Of a DNA stretch of 64,000 nucleotides, positions 51,475-61,423 are shown piece after piece. The translations under genes and the position numbers were made by a program. The DNA lies in contig CAVVUS010000024.1 of NCBI GenBank assembly GCA_963751345.1, forward strand, positions 32,001-96,000. The letters run 5' to 3'. Each line of letters starts with the position of its first letter. Position 1 is the first letter of the stretch. This DNA is from an uncultured Chloroflexia bacterium. GTDB taxonomy: Bacteria > Chloroflexota > Anaerolineae > B4-G1 > SLSP01. Below the pieces are notes generated by a model. It was not told the DNA's origin and searched no databases. It saw nothing but the letters and a program-made list of their open reading frames with translations.

Positions 51475-52564
51475 ATGAGTGACTTAACCGATCGACTCGA
51501 AAACCTGGCGTCCCGGGTGGAAGCCATATGGAGGCGTCTTTGACTTACCTGCACGCATCCAGGAGCTCTCTGCACTAGAGCAGCAGGCCGGTGACCCCGA
51601 TCTCTGGAACAATGCCGATAGTGCCCGCCAGCTACTCCAGAGACTCTCGTCGCTCCAGGAGGAAATCGGGTACTGGACAAAGCTCCGACAAGGGGTCAGC
51701 GACGCTGTAGAACTCGAGTCCATGGGGGACGAAGAGTTGGCCGAGGACCTTGAGCGGGAAGCGACGCGCCTTGAGGCCGAGGTCGATCAGGCCGAGTTCC
51801 GACTGATGCTCTCAGGAGCGCACGATCGAGGCAACGCGATCCTGGCAATTCACGCCGGGGCCGGAGGTACAGACTCACAAGACTGGGCCAGTATGCTGCT
51901 GAGGATGTTTCTGCGTTGGGCGGAGAGGCGGAAATACAAGACCGAGATCCTGGACTCGATGGAAGGCGAAGGGGCAGGGATCAAGAGTGTGACGGTTGGG
52001 ATCACCGGGCAATATGCCTACGGTTATCTCAGATCGGAGCGCGGCGTTCACCGGCTCGTGAGGCTTTCTCCGTTTGACGCTGCACATCGCAGGCATACGT
52101 CGTTTGCGCTGGTTGAGGTGTGGCCCGATATAGAGGAAGAGAGTGAGATCGAGATCGACCCAACAGATCTGCAGATCGACACGTTCCGCGCTTCATCGGC
52201 GGGCGGACAGCATATGCAGAAAAACGAGACTGCGGTCCGAATTACCCACGTTCCTTCCGGACTGGTCGTTTCATGTCAGAATGAGCGGTCTCAGACTCAG
52301 AACCGCGAAACGGCGCTGCGCATACTGAAAGCGCGCTTGATCCAGATCCAGGAGGAAGAACGTCGGAAGCAGATCGATAACCTGAAGGGGGAACACGTCG
52401 ATGCTGGATGGGGCAACCAGATCCGATCCTACGTCCTGCATCCTTATCAGATGGTCAAGGACCACCGCACGGACTATGAGACCGGCAATATCCAGGCAGT
52501 CCTGGACGGCGATCTAGACGCCTTCATGGAAGCGTATCTGCGTCATACACCCAGCGAGAGTTAG
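51475..52564 (+). CDS. prfB: Peptide chain release factor 2, with programmed +1 frameshift at CTT-TGA-C (51538-51544)
   Basis: SPF and GGQ motifs. A 22-codon first frame ends CTTTGA and has an internal GGAGG. Confidence 0.97.
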
Positions 52565-52674
52565 CCGCTTACACGTGTTTCGTTTTGGCCATGCGAGTGT
52601 CCAGGCGGGCGCGAACCACCCGCCGCTGATGAAACATGACGCGTTGACAAACACTCATCACAGGGGAGGTAGCA

Positions 52675-53916
52675 ATGGCTGGTAAGCAGAAGAAACCGAC
52701 TGTAGGCTCGGGCGGAAGCAAGTCATCTGGCAAGTCGCGTCCGACGTCATCTCCATCAAACCGCGTCATTTCGTCTCGCATATCCTCCACACCGTCCAAC
52801 GCGAAACCGAGAATGTCGACCTATAAAGCACCCCAAGCTCCGACCTATTCTTCTGTGAGCCAGACAGATGAAATGGCTGCGCGTCTGGCTTCCGTCCGTA
52901 GCGACTATGAGCGCGTGGCCGGAGCAGTCGCGCTGGCCACGCTCGTTGACGCGTTGGAGAATGTGACCAGTAACATCGACAGCGTAAGTCGCAGCCTTGC
53001 CGACGTCCGGGCACGGGGATATCGCTTTGGCCGCGATTGGGAATCTCAACTGCAGACACTTCGCGAACGGTGGCCTCAACAACGCATAGAGACCACGCGA
53101 CTTCTCGAAGGGCAGCGTCGGGTGCTGAACACTGCAGCCCGCGATATCGAAACGTTGCTGCAGCGGGCCAGCCGGGACAGCAACCTGGTCGGCACCGCCG
53201 AGAGCCGCGTTATGGACCTGCAATCCAACATCAGCAGCGCCGAGAGGAGGATTCGCGGCACTTTCGACGGGATCCAGGAACAGGCATCTGCGCTCCAGCA
53301 GGAAGTCGACCGGGCCGGGCTTCTGCTCAATGCCCTCGACAGCGCCTGCTTCGACCTGCTTCCCGACGAACACGGGGTGGCCGTGTGCGAAGCTGCCTGG
53401 ACCAGCGACCAACAGCAACCGGAAGGTATGCTCTTCCTCACGGACTCCCGCCTGATCTTCGAGCAACGCCAGGAAGTGGCCAAGAAGAAGGTCCTCTTCA
53501 TCACGACCGAGAAAGAGCTCATTCAGGAGAAGCTCTGGGAGGCGCCGATCGGTGCCGTTGACGACCTGGAGGCGGAGGACAAGAAGTCGTTCCTGCGCCG
53601 GCAGGAGATGCTCACGCTGCGGTTCAGCGAGCGCACCCGGGAGTTACCGGGTGACATCACGCTCCAGCTTAAGGACGCCGACAACGAGACGTGGCGCAGC
53701 CTGATCCGCAGCGCGAAGAGCGGCCAGATCGACGGCGAGCGCTTCGGCGCGCCGGCGCCCGAGGAGAAACTCGCCGCTGCGGTCGAGCAAGAGGCAGCCG
53801 AGCCGGAGAAAGAACTGCCGACGGTATGCCCGAACTGTGCAGCCCCCCTGCCCGCCATCTTCAAGGGCATGAAGCAGGTGACCTGCGACTACTGCGGCAC
53901 GACCACCAATCTCTAG
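52675..53916 (+). CDS. Hypothetical protein: low-complexity N-terminus, coiled coil, PH/GRAM-like segment, C-terminal zinc ribbon
   Basis: GGAGG RBS. GMLFLTDSRLIF and CPNC...CDYC. Confidence 0.6.
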   Translation: MAGKQKKPTVGSGGSKSSGKSRPTSSPSNRVISSRISSTPSNAKPRMSTYKAPQAPTYSSVSQTDEMAARLASVRSDYERVAGAVALATLVDALENVTSNIDSVSRSLADVRARGYRFGRDWESQLQTLRERWPQQRIETTRLLEGQRRVLNTAARDIETLLQRASRDSNLVGTAESRVMDLQSNISSAERRIRGTFDGIQEQASALQQEVDRAGLLLNALDSACFDLLPDEHGVAVCEAAWTSDQQQPEGMLFLTDSRLIFEQRQEVAKKKVLFITTEKELIQEKLWEAPIGAVDDLEAEDKKSFLRRQEMLTLRFSERTRELPGDITLQLKDADNETWRSLIRSAKSGQIDGERFGAPAPEEKLAAAVEQEAAEPEKELPTVCPNCAAPLPAIFKGMKQVTCDYCGTTTNL

Positions 53917-53966
53917 GTAGGCCCACCGAACCGGGGCGTAGCAGAGTCCCGGACAGTCATCACATT

Positions 53967-55436
53967 ATGGATCTCTTGCGCGAAGTCAGCGCCTATATCG
54001 AACGCCACCAGCTCATCGAGCCGGGATCGTGCATCGTGGTAGGTGTCTCCGGTGGCCCCGATTCGGTCACGCTGCTGCACTTGCTGAGACGTCTGGCGGA
54101 ATCCTGGGACCTGCATCTGCACGTGGCCCATCTTAACCATAGCATTCGCGGCGCAGCCGCGGATGAGGATATGCGCTTTGTCGGGCAGTTAGCCGAATCG
54201 GCGGGTCTCCCATGCACGACGGAACTGATCGACGTGCCCAACCTGGCCGACCGGGAAGGCCTGGCACTGGAGGAGGCCGCTCGCAGGGCAAGATACGCAT
54301 TTCTGGCCCGCGTCGCACAGGCGGCCGGGGCTCATACGATCGCTGTAGGGCATAATGCGGATGACCAGGCCGAGACGGTGCTGATGCATTTGTTGCGCGG
54401 CGCCGGGCCCGCGGGGCTTCGCGGGATGCTGCCCGCCACGCGGATGCGGGACTATCGCATGCTCTCCCTGGGCGACAAGCCCCTCGCCGACCTGGTGCTG
54501 ATCCGACCGCTCCTCAACACACCACGCGCCAATATCGAAGCCTATTGCAGCGAAGAAAACCTGCAGAGTCGATTCGATCGCTCCAACCTGGACACGACCT
54601 ACTTCCGCAACCGGCTGAGACACGAGGTGTTGCCGGATCTGGCGAAGATCAGCCCAAGGATCTCCGAGCGACTGCGCAACTTGGCTGAGGTCGTACGTGC
54701 TGACTATCGGTTGCTCCAGGAATTCGTCAGTGTCGCACACGATACGCTGCTGGTGGCCGACCATCCAGATGCACTCGTCTTCGATCTCGCGCGTTGGCGG
54801 GAACAGCCTCTCGCGATTCAGCGCGCTCTGGTCCGGAGATCAGCCTATAGACTCCGCCGCACCTTGCGGGATGTGGATTTCGAGCACGTCGAGCAGGCCG
54901 TGGATGTGGCTCAACGTGGTGGCACCGGTGCGCAGGCCGTTCTCCCGCACAGTCTGGAGTTGACCGTAGGCTATACCACGCTCACGATCTCCGAGGCGGG
55001 CGCCCTGCACCTACCGTCGGAACGCCCATGGCTTGAGTCCGGAGACCAAATGCGGGTCGCCGTTCCCGGACTCACACCGCTGCCCGGGGGCTGGACGCTT
55101 CGGGCCGAGGAAACATCCACGTGGGACATTGAGGCGGTCACCGAGAACCCCAACCCACTTGCTGCATGGATAGACGCCAGATCCCTCGAACCCGCGCCCC
55201 TGTTGCGCACGCGCGAAGAGGGTGACCGCTTTGTTCCCCAGGGCATGCAAGGATCTGAGGTCCGCCTGAGCGATTTCCTGATCAATACGAAGTTGCCGCG
55301 ACCGTGGAGGGACCATCTGCCCCTGTTGGTCTCGCAAGGCCGCATCCTGTGGGTGGCCGGCCTGCGGCTGAGTGAGAATGCACTCGTGCGGCCCGAAACG
55401 ACGCACGTGGTTCACTTACGTTTCTATGGCTCGTGA
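53967..55436 (+). CDS. tilS: tRNA(Ile)-lysidine synthase
   Basis: SGGPDS, HLNH.IR, ARRARY, HNADDQAET, RNRLR and the C-terminal domain. Confidence 0.96.
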   Translation: MDLLREVSAYIERHQLIEPGSCIVVGVSGGPDSVTLLHLLRRLAESWDLHLHVAHLNHSIRGAAADEDMRFVGQLAESAGLPCTTELIDVPNLADREGLALEEAARRARYAFLARVAQAAGAHTIAVGHNADDQAETVLMHLLRGAGPAGLRGMLPATRMRDYRMLSLGDKPLADLVLIRPLLNTPRANIEAYCSEENLQSRFDRSNLDTTYFRNRLRHEVLPDLAKISPRISERLRNLAEVVRADYRLLQEFVSVAHDTLLVADHPDALVFDLARWREQPLAIQRALVRRSAYRLRRTLRDVDFEHVEQAVDVAQRGGTGAQAVLPHSLELTVGYTTLTISEAGALHLPSERPWLESGDQMRVAVPGLTPLPGGWTLRAEETSTWDIEAVTENPNPLAAWIDARSLEPAPLLRTREEGDRFVPQGMQGSEVRLSDFLINTKLPRPWRDHLPLLVSQGRILWVAGLRLSENALVRPETTHVVHLRFYGS

Positions 55437-55494
55437 TCGGCTTGTATGTATGATAGGAGACTCTCACCATGACAATGCACCCTCCAGGATTGAG

Positions 55495-56157
55495 ATGACA
55501 AAACACCTGGTCCTGGTTGCAGGCAACATCGGCGCCGGAAAGACCTCTCTTGCGGAGCGTCTGGGCACACGATTGGGTTGGCATGTTGCCTATGAGTCCG
55601 TGGACGACAATCCCTATCTCAGTGACTTCTACGCAGATATGCGGGCGTGGAGTTTCCACCTGCAGGTCTTCTTCCTCGGGCACCGGGCCAGGCAGCAGGA
55701 GGTACTTGCCGCGCTGGACAGATCTGCCATTATAGATCGTAGTATTTATGAGGATGCTCACATCTTTGCACGAGCGCTTCACGAGTTGGGCGACATGTCG
55801 GAAAGAGACTATCAAGCGTACCGGGCTCTGTACTCGCTGGTCATCTCAAAGCTTCCACGCCCCGATCTTCTGATCTATATCGAAGCCGGCACACATACCT
55901 TGCGTTCACACATTACCAAACGGAGCCGTGACATGGAGTCGGGCATCACCGACGCCTACCTCGACCTGCTTGGACATTTCTACGATGAATGGATTCACAC
56001 CTTCGACCATTGTCCGGTTCTGACTGTGCCCGGCAACAATCTCGACTTCGTCCGCTATCCCGAACACCTGGAGATCATTGCCGAACGCGTTGTGGACAAG
56101 TTGGCAGGCAAGGAGGTCGTCCGGTTTCCCACCCCGGCAGGGCTAGATGGCAGTTGA
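55495..56157 (+). CDS. Deoxynucleoside kinase
   Basis: AGNIGAGKTS, NPYL.DFY, DRSIYED..IFA. Confidence 0.92.
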   Translation: MTKHLVLVAGNIGAGKTSLAERLGTRLGWHVAYESVDDNPYLSDFYADMRAWSFHLQVFFLGHRARQQEVLAALDRSAIIDRSIYEDAHIFARALHELGDMSERDYQAYRALYSLVISKLPRPDLLIYIEAGTHTLRSHITKRSRDMESGITDAYLDLLGHFYDEWIHTFDHCPVLTVPGNNLDFVRYPEHLEIIAERVVDKLAGKEVVRFPTPAGLDGS

Positions 56158-57505
56158 ACCAGGCGAACCACTAAGCGAACGAGAGCTGGAGATCACGGAA
56201 CTTGTCTCCGAAGGGCTGACAAACCGAGAGATCGCCGAGCGTCTCTACCTCAGCCATAACACCATCAAGGTACATCTCCGCAATGTCTTCACCAAGACGG
56301 GTGTTGCGTCGCGGACCGAGCTTTCCATGCTTGCGGTTCAGGAGGGCTGGATCACCGTCCCCGGGCTCAACGAGGAACCCGGTGACACGCCCACCGGCGC
56401 CGAGGACGCTGACACATCCGCGAAACCCGAGACGGAGGCACTGCCGGCGTGGCCCTGGCAACGGTGGGGCGCGCTGGCAATCGGCATTAGCCTGGCCCTC
56501 GTCGTGCTTCTACTGCCGCAACGGGGCTCGGCACCCGCATCGGCAGCCGGCCCGGGTGATGTGTTCGGATCTGGGGAGACGTCCGCAGGTGTATCCGCCC
56601 CGGCATCGGAGAACGGCTGGGAGGAACTAGCGCCGTTGCCCGTTCGACGCGCCGGTATGGGGACGGTGGCCCTGGATGACCGGATCTACGCCATCGGCGG
56701 TATGACCGATGCCGGGGCCAGCGGTCGCGTCGATATCTACGACGTTGAGTCGGACCAGTGGCATGAGGGACAGCCACGTCCCGCCGAACTGGCGAACATC
56801 GATGCAGCAGCCTTGACGGAGGGCATCCTCGTCCCCGGCGGCTGCGAAGACGATACACAGTGGACCCCTAGCGCCATCGTAAACCTCTATGACCCCACCG
56901 ATGATACCTGGTCGCAGGTGGCGTCGCTCCCCACACCGCTGTGCGCGTATGCACTCACGGTCTACAAAGACCAAGCCTATCTCTTCGGCGGGTGGGACGG
57001 CGATGCGTACCGTGCAGTAGCATTGGCTTATGACCCAGAGGAGAACGCGTGGCACAGCCTCGCCCCGCCTGCACAGGCCCGCGGTTTTGGCGCGGCAGCG
57101 GCGCTGGAGGATCGCATCCTTTACGTAGGGGGCTACTCCGATGGCCAGGAGTGGGGCACCTGCGAGATGTATTTCCCGGATGCTGACACGTGGGAGAGCT
57201 GTCAATCTATGCTACAGCCCCGGGGAGGACTGAGCTTGACCGCCATCGGAGGCCGTGTCTACGCGATTGGCGGAGGGTGGCGCACGCCGCTGGGATTCAA
57301 CGAGCGCTACACGCCGTCGACGGGTGAGTGGAGTGTCGTGGAGACTCCGATCGTGGGCGAGTGGCGGAATCTGGGTGCGGTCGCTTCGGACACCTCAATC
57401 TACGCCATCGGCGGTTGGAGCGACACCGGATTCCTCAATGGCACGTACACACTGGCGATCATGCCGTGGCGTGTCTTTATCCCCGGCACGTTCCGGACGC
57501 CATAG
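56147..57505 (+). CDS. LuxR-type HTH - transmembrane helix - Kelch beta-propeller protein
   Basis: LSERELEI...GLTNREIA..L.LS.NTIKVHL.N, one TM helix and six IY..GG...YD...W repeats. Confidence 0.9.
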   Translation: MAVEPGEPLSERELEITELVSEGLTNREIAERLYLSHNTIKVHLRNVFTKTGVASRTELSMLAVQEGWITVPGLNEEPGDTPTGAEDADTSAKPETEALPAWPWQRWGALAIGISLALVVLLLPQRGSAPASAAGPGDVFGSGETSAGVSAPASENGWEELAPLPVRRAGMGTVALDDRIYAIGGMTDAGASGRVDIYDVESDQWHEGQPRPAELANIDAAALTEGILVPGGCEDDTQWTPSAIVNLYDPTDDTWSQVASLPTPLCAYALTVYKDQAYLFGGWDGDAYRAVALAYDPEENAWHSLAPPAQARGFGAAAALEDRILYVGGYSDGQEWGTCEMYFPDADTWESCQSMLQPRGGLSLTAIGGRVYAIGGGWRTPLGFNERYTPSTGEWSVVETPIVGEWRNLGAVASDTSIYAIGGWSDTGFLNGTYTLAIMPWRVFIPGTFRTP

Positions 57506-57520
57506 GACAAGGCCGCCGGA

Positions 57521-58540
57521 CTAGGTAAGCTGCAGCCCCGGATCGATATCGAGATCCCAGCCCCCGCGATCGCCGGCCCGGAAGCGGTAGAACCCGGCGG
57601 CCGCAATCATCGCTGCATTGTCCGTGCAGAGAATCCGCCGCAATGTGTAGACAGGCACCGGGACCTCCGCTCGCGCCGCAGCCTGCAACGCGCTATTCGC
57701 GGAGACGCCTCCGGAGAGCAAGACAGCGTTGACGCCGAACTCCTTGGCCGCCCGTGCCGTCTTCTCCACCAGCACATCCACGACCGATTCCTGAAAAGCC
57801 GCGGCCATATGAGCGTTGAGGGTATGTGGCACGGGCCCCGTGTATTTCTGTAGGATTCTCAGCACTGCGGTCTTTAGGCCACTGAAGCTAAAATCGTAGG
57901 TCCCCGGCAGCCATGCCCTGGGGAGGTCGAAAGCGCTCGCATCACCCTTCTTGGCGGCCTGTTCGATCGCTGGGCCACCGGGGTAGCCCAGCTTGAGCAT
58001 ACGCGCGACTTTGTCAAAAGCCTCACCGGCAGCGTCGTCAAGTGTTCCACCGAGGCGTTCATATCGGCCGTGATCGTGTGCCAGGACAAGCTCCGTGTGG
58101 CCGCCGGACACGATCAACACGATGAGCGGGAATCTCAGCTTACCATTGGCGCTTCCCTCTGCGCCCGTTTGGAGCCAATGGGCATAGAAATGCCCTTCCA
58201 GATGGTTGACAGGCACGAGCGGCAACCCCTTAGCAAGCGCAGCTCCCTTGGCGAAGTTCAGGCCGACGAGCAGCGATCCCGGCAATCCGGGACCGTACGT
58301 TACGGCAATCGCGTCGAGATCATCCCAACCGACATGTGCAGCGGAGAGGGACTCGTCCACGATGGGCACGATCGATTCGACGTGCATACGGGACGCTAAC
58401 TCAGGGAAGACGCCGCCATACTGGGCATGCAGCTCGGCTTGCGATGCCACCACGTTGGAGAGAATCGTGCTTCCACCTTCGACCACGGCGGCTGCCGTCT
58501 CGTCACACGACGTCTCGATCCCCAGAATCCGAATCGCCAT
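57521..58540 (-). CDS. tsaD: t6A tRNA modification protein TsaD
   Basis: ILGIETSCDET, NHLEGH, VSGGHT, DDAAGEAFDK, CTDNAAMI. Confidence 0.97.
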   Translation of the reverse strand: MAIRILGIETSCDETAAAVVEGGSTILSNVVASQAELHAQYGGVFPELASRMHVESIVPIVDESLSAAHVGWDDLDAIAVTYGPGLPGSLLVGLNFAKGAALAKGLPLVPVNHLEGHFYAHWLQTGAEGSANGKLRFPLIVLIVSGGHTELVLAHDHGRYERLGGTLDDAAGEAFDKVARMLKLGYPGGPAIEQAAKKGDASAFDLPRAWLPGTYDFSFSGLKTAVLRILQKYTGPVPHTLNAHMAAAFQESVVDVLVEKTARAAKEFGVNAVLLSGGVSANSALQAAARAEVPVPVYTLRRILCTDNAAMIAAAGFYRFRAGDRGGWDLDIDPGLQLT

Positions 58541-59797
58541 TCAGGCTTCCTTCCCCCAGGGTGTCCCATCCATCGGCACCACCAGGTCATAAGGCATGCT
58601 GGTGAGATTGTGAATCTCGCCGTCGTCCGCAATCCAGAGAACGTCCTCGAGACGACACCCGATGCCCCTTTCGGGATAGTAGAGACCCGGCTCGAAAGCA
58701 AAAAGGTGCCCGGGAGCCAGCAGCGTCGTGTTATTGGCATCGTCCCGAAACCATGGGGCCTCGTGAATATCCAAGCCCACACCATGGCCGAGCGTGTGCA
58801 CATACCCTTGCTGGACGGTGGGATCATCAGCAAGTGTGGGGTGACCCCTTGCGCTGAAAAAAGCGCACGTCAACTGCTGGTAATGGCGAGTCTCCTCACC
58901 CACGTGAATTTGGGCCATGATCGTCTTCAGACAATCGAGCACGTCCCGATGCAATCGTGCAGCAGGTTCGGGCGCATAGCCCAGGCAGAATGTGCGTGTC
59001 AGATCGTAGAAATAGCCGCCCCCCACCTCGCGGGGAAAGATGTCAAACACAATCGGCTCCCCCAGGCGCATTGGCGCATCTACGGTGCCCCGGCTGTGCG
59101 GGATGCCGGCGTCGGCCCCCGTCGAGAAGATAAAGCCCTCGGGGTCCTCCAGTCCTTCTGCTGCAATGAGGCCCATGATGTGGTTGTGAACGTCGCCAAC
59201 TTTCAGCACACGTCCCGTGGCCGTGTGCAAAATCTCATCGGCATCCACGGTGTGCGACTGCAGGAACGCCACGGTCTGCCACACCACATTGGAGGTTCGA
59301 CGGCCGACATCTCGAATGCGGTCGACCTCGTCAGCATCCTTGGTCGCCCTGGCCTGCCGGATAACGTCCTCCTGGACCTCGCCGACGATCTCGACATCCG
59401 GGACAGCAGCATTGAGTGCTGAGAGAAAAACGTAGGCGTATCCCTGATCCAGGTAGCCGTAGCACCCGACCCTTCCGATTACTCCGAGATCCTCAAAGAT
59501 GCGCCGGTAGTAGGCTACGGAGGCAGCCAACTCATCCCCCTGGCACTCCTTCAGGAGGTCACCGTAATTGTAGCGCGTCGTGAGAACGACCGGATAACCG
59601 GTGCTGGCCGCCGAGGCACGATCCATCGGCCCCACGAGGAGCGTCGGCACCTCCCCTCGCTTCTTGATGAGAACAGCCTGCGTCAGGTGTGCGCCATTGA
59701 GGAGATAGATCAGAGGAGGATTGCCAAGCACTTTGCCCCGCACCAGAATCGCATCCAGGTCGCGGTCAGCCATCAATTGGTCGAGATCACTCTTCAT
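58541..59797 (-). CDS. Xaa-Pro aminopeptidase (M24 family)
   Basis: DIFP, YDLTRT, HTLGHGVGL.IHE.P, FEPGLY, RLED. Confidence 0.92.
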   Translation of the reverse strand: MKSDLDQLMADRDLDAILVRGKVLGNPPLIYLLNGAHLTQAVLIKKRGEVPTLLVGPMDRASAASTGYPVVLTTRYNYGDLLKECQGDELAASVAYYRRIFEDLGVIGRVGCYGYLDQGYAYVFLSALNAAVPDVEIVGEVQEDVIRQARATKDADEVDRIRDVGRRTSNVVWQTVAFLQSHTVDADEILHTATGRVLKVGDVHNHIMGLIAAEGLEDPEGFIFSTGADAGIPHSRGTVDAPMRLGEPIVFDIFPREVGGGYFYDLTRTFCLGYAPEPAARLHRDVLDCLKTIMAQIHVGEETRHYQQLTCAFFSARGHPTLADDPTVQQGYVHTLGHGVGLDIHEAPWFRDDANNTTLLAPGHLFAFEPGLYYPERGIGCRLEDVLWIADDGEIHNLTSMPYDLVVPMDGTPWGKEA

Positions 59798-59922
59798 CAA
59801 GCGCACCTTTCAAGTCGCGGACGCCGCTTTGCCATCAGAACTCACCGTCATTGTGCCATAAGCAACGAAAAACGCAACGGTCAGCCAAGGCGAGGCTATC
59901 GCATCTGACGACTGCCCACGCA

Positions 59923-59959
59923 AAACCCTGTCAAGGGTCCGGAACCCTTCGCAAGGTTT
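59923..59959. repeat. Imperfect inverted repeat (REP-like) in a divergent intergenic region
   Basis: AAACCCTGTCAAGGGT-CCGG-AACCCTTCGCAAGGTTT. Confidence 0.5.
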
Positions 59960-60019
59960 GGATTATGAGATTGCGGTTTGGCGCAAATCTAGGTATACTG
60001 CGTAGTAATGAGAGATACT

Positions 60020-61414
60020 ATGCAGAAGCCGCTGGTCGCTATCGTCGGACGCCCAAACGTGGGCAAGTCAACCCTATTCAACCGCATGGTGGGGGAACGC
60101 AGGGCGGTTGTGAGTGATATCCCGGGGACAACGCGGGATCGTATCATTGCGGAGGCGGAGTGGAACGGCCGTGATTTCCTGGTCGTCGACACGGGGGGAA
60201 TCGAGATCCGTCCAGCGAGCGTAGAGTCGGGTGCACGTCCGCTTGAAACGACGCCCCTGCTGGAGGACTCAGAGGATTTCATCCCCTTGATTCGAGCACA
60301 GGCCGAACTGGCCATCGACGAAGCGGACTTGATCCTCTTCCTCACCGATGCGGCATCCGGCCTCACATCGGCAGATCGCGAGGTTGCAGACCTGCTGCGC
60401 AGATCCAAGAAGACGGTGTTTCTTATTGCCAACAAGGCGGAGAGCACAGCCCGTGAACTGAACGCGTTCGAGTTCTACGAATTGGGTATGGGTGAAGTCT
60501 ACGCAATATCTGCGATTCACGGTAGCGGCATCGGTGATCTCCTCGATCTCATCGTAGACGCCCTCCCGTGGAACGAAGAACCCGAACCGGACGAGAGCGA
60601 TGATGCTGTTCGCGTCGCCATCATCGGACGACCCAACGTCGGGAAATCCTCTCTCCTGAATCGACTGCTCGGCCAGGAGCGGGCGATCGTGAGCCCGGTT
60701 GCCGGGACAACTCGCGATGCCGTGGATACCGCGATGGAGTGGGAAGGGCAGCGCTTCATTCTGGTCGACACGGCGGGTATTCGCCGCCGGGGGAAGATCG
60801 ACAAAGGGGTAGAGAAGTGGAGTGTCCTGCGCACGGCTAGGGCGCTACAGCGAACGGATGTGGCGCTTCTGTTGATCGATGCCACAGAGGGGATCACTGC
60901 GCAGGACGCGCACATCGCCGGTATGACGGTTGACGAGGGCGTGAGCGCCGTAGTCCTCGTCAACAAGTGGGACGCAGTCGACCCGGAACTGCGCCAGCTC
61001 CGGCAGGATATTGAAGACCACATTCGGGAAGAACTGAAGTTCCTCAGCTATATTCCCCTGCTTTTCATCTCCGCACTGACGGGGGCGGGTGTACAGGACG
61101 TTCTGCCCACAACCCAACAGGTCGTCGAGGCAAGATACCAGCAGCTTCCTACCGGGCTGCTCAACGAGGCGATGCAGCAGGCAGTCCTGGAGCACTCCCC
61201 CCCCAGCAAAGGGGGGCGGCGCCTACGTATCTTTTTCGTCAATCAGGTCGACGTCGCACCGCCTCACTTCGATTTCTCCGTCAACGATACCAAACTGGTG
61301 CACTTCTCCTATCAGCGTTACCTCGAAAACCGCATCCGCGAGGTCTATCCATTTCCCGGAACGCCGATCCTTATGACGTTCAAGGGTCGTCACTCAGACG
61401 AAGATAGCGGGTAG
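60020..61414 (+). CDS. der: Ribosome biogenesis GTPase Der (EngA)
   Basis: Two GRPNVGKS/GTTRD/DT.G/NK.[DE] G-domains plus a KH-like tail. Confidence 0.97.
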   Translation: MQKPLVAIVGRPNVGKSTLFNRMVGERRAVVSDIPGTTRDRIIAEAEWNGRDFLVVDTGGIEIRPASVESGARPLETTPLLEDSEDFIPLIRAQAELAIDEADLILFLTDAASGLTSADREVADLLRRSKKTVFLIANKAESTARELNAFEFYELGMGEVYAISAIHGSGIGDLLDLIVDALPWNEEPEPDESDDAVRVAIIGRPNVGKSSLLNRLLGQERAIVSPVAGTTRDAVDTAMEWEGQRFILVDTAGIRRRGKIDKGVEKWSVLRTARALQRTDVALLLIDATEGITAQDAHIAGMTVDEGVSAVVLVNKWDAVDPELRQLRQDIEDHIREELKFLSYIPLLFISALTGAGVQDVLPTTQQVVEARYQQLPTGLLNEAMQQAVLEHSPPSKGGRRLRIFFVNQVDVAPPHFDFSVNDTKLVHFSYQRYLENRIREVYPFPGTPILMTFKGRHSDEDSG

Positions 61415-61423
61415 CCATAGTCT

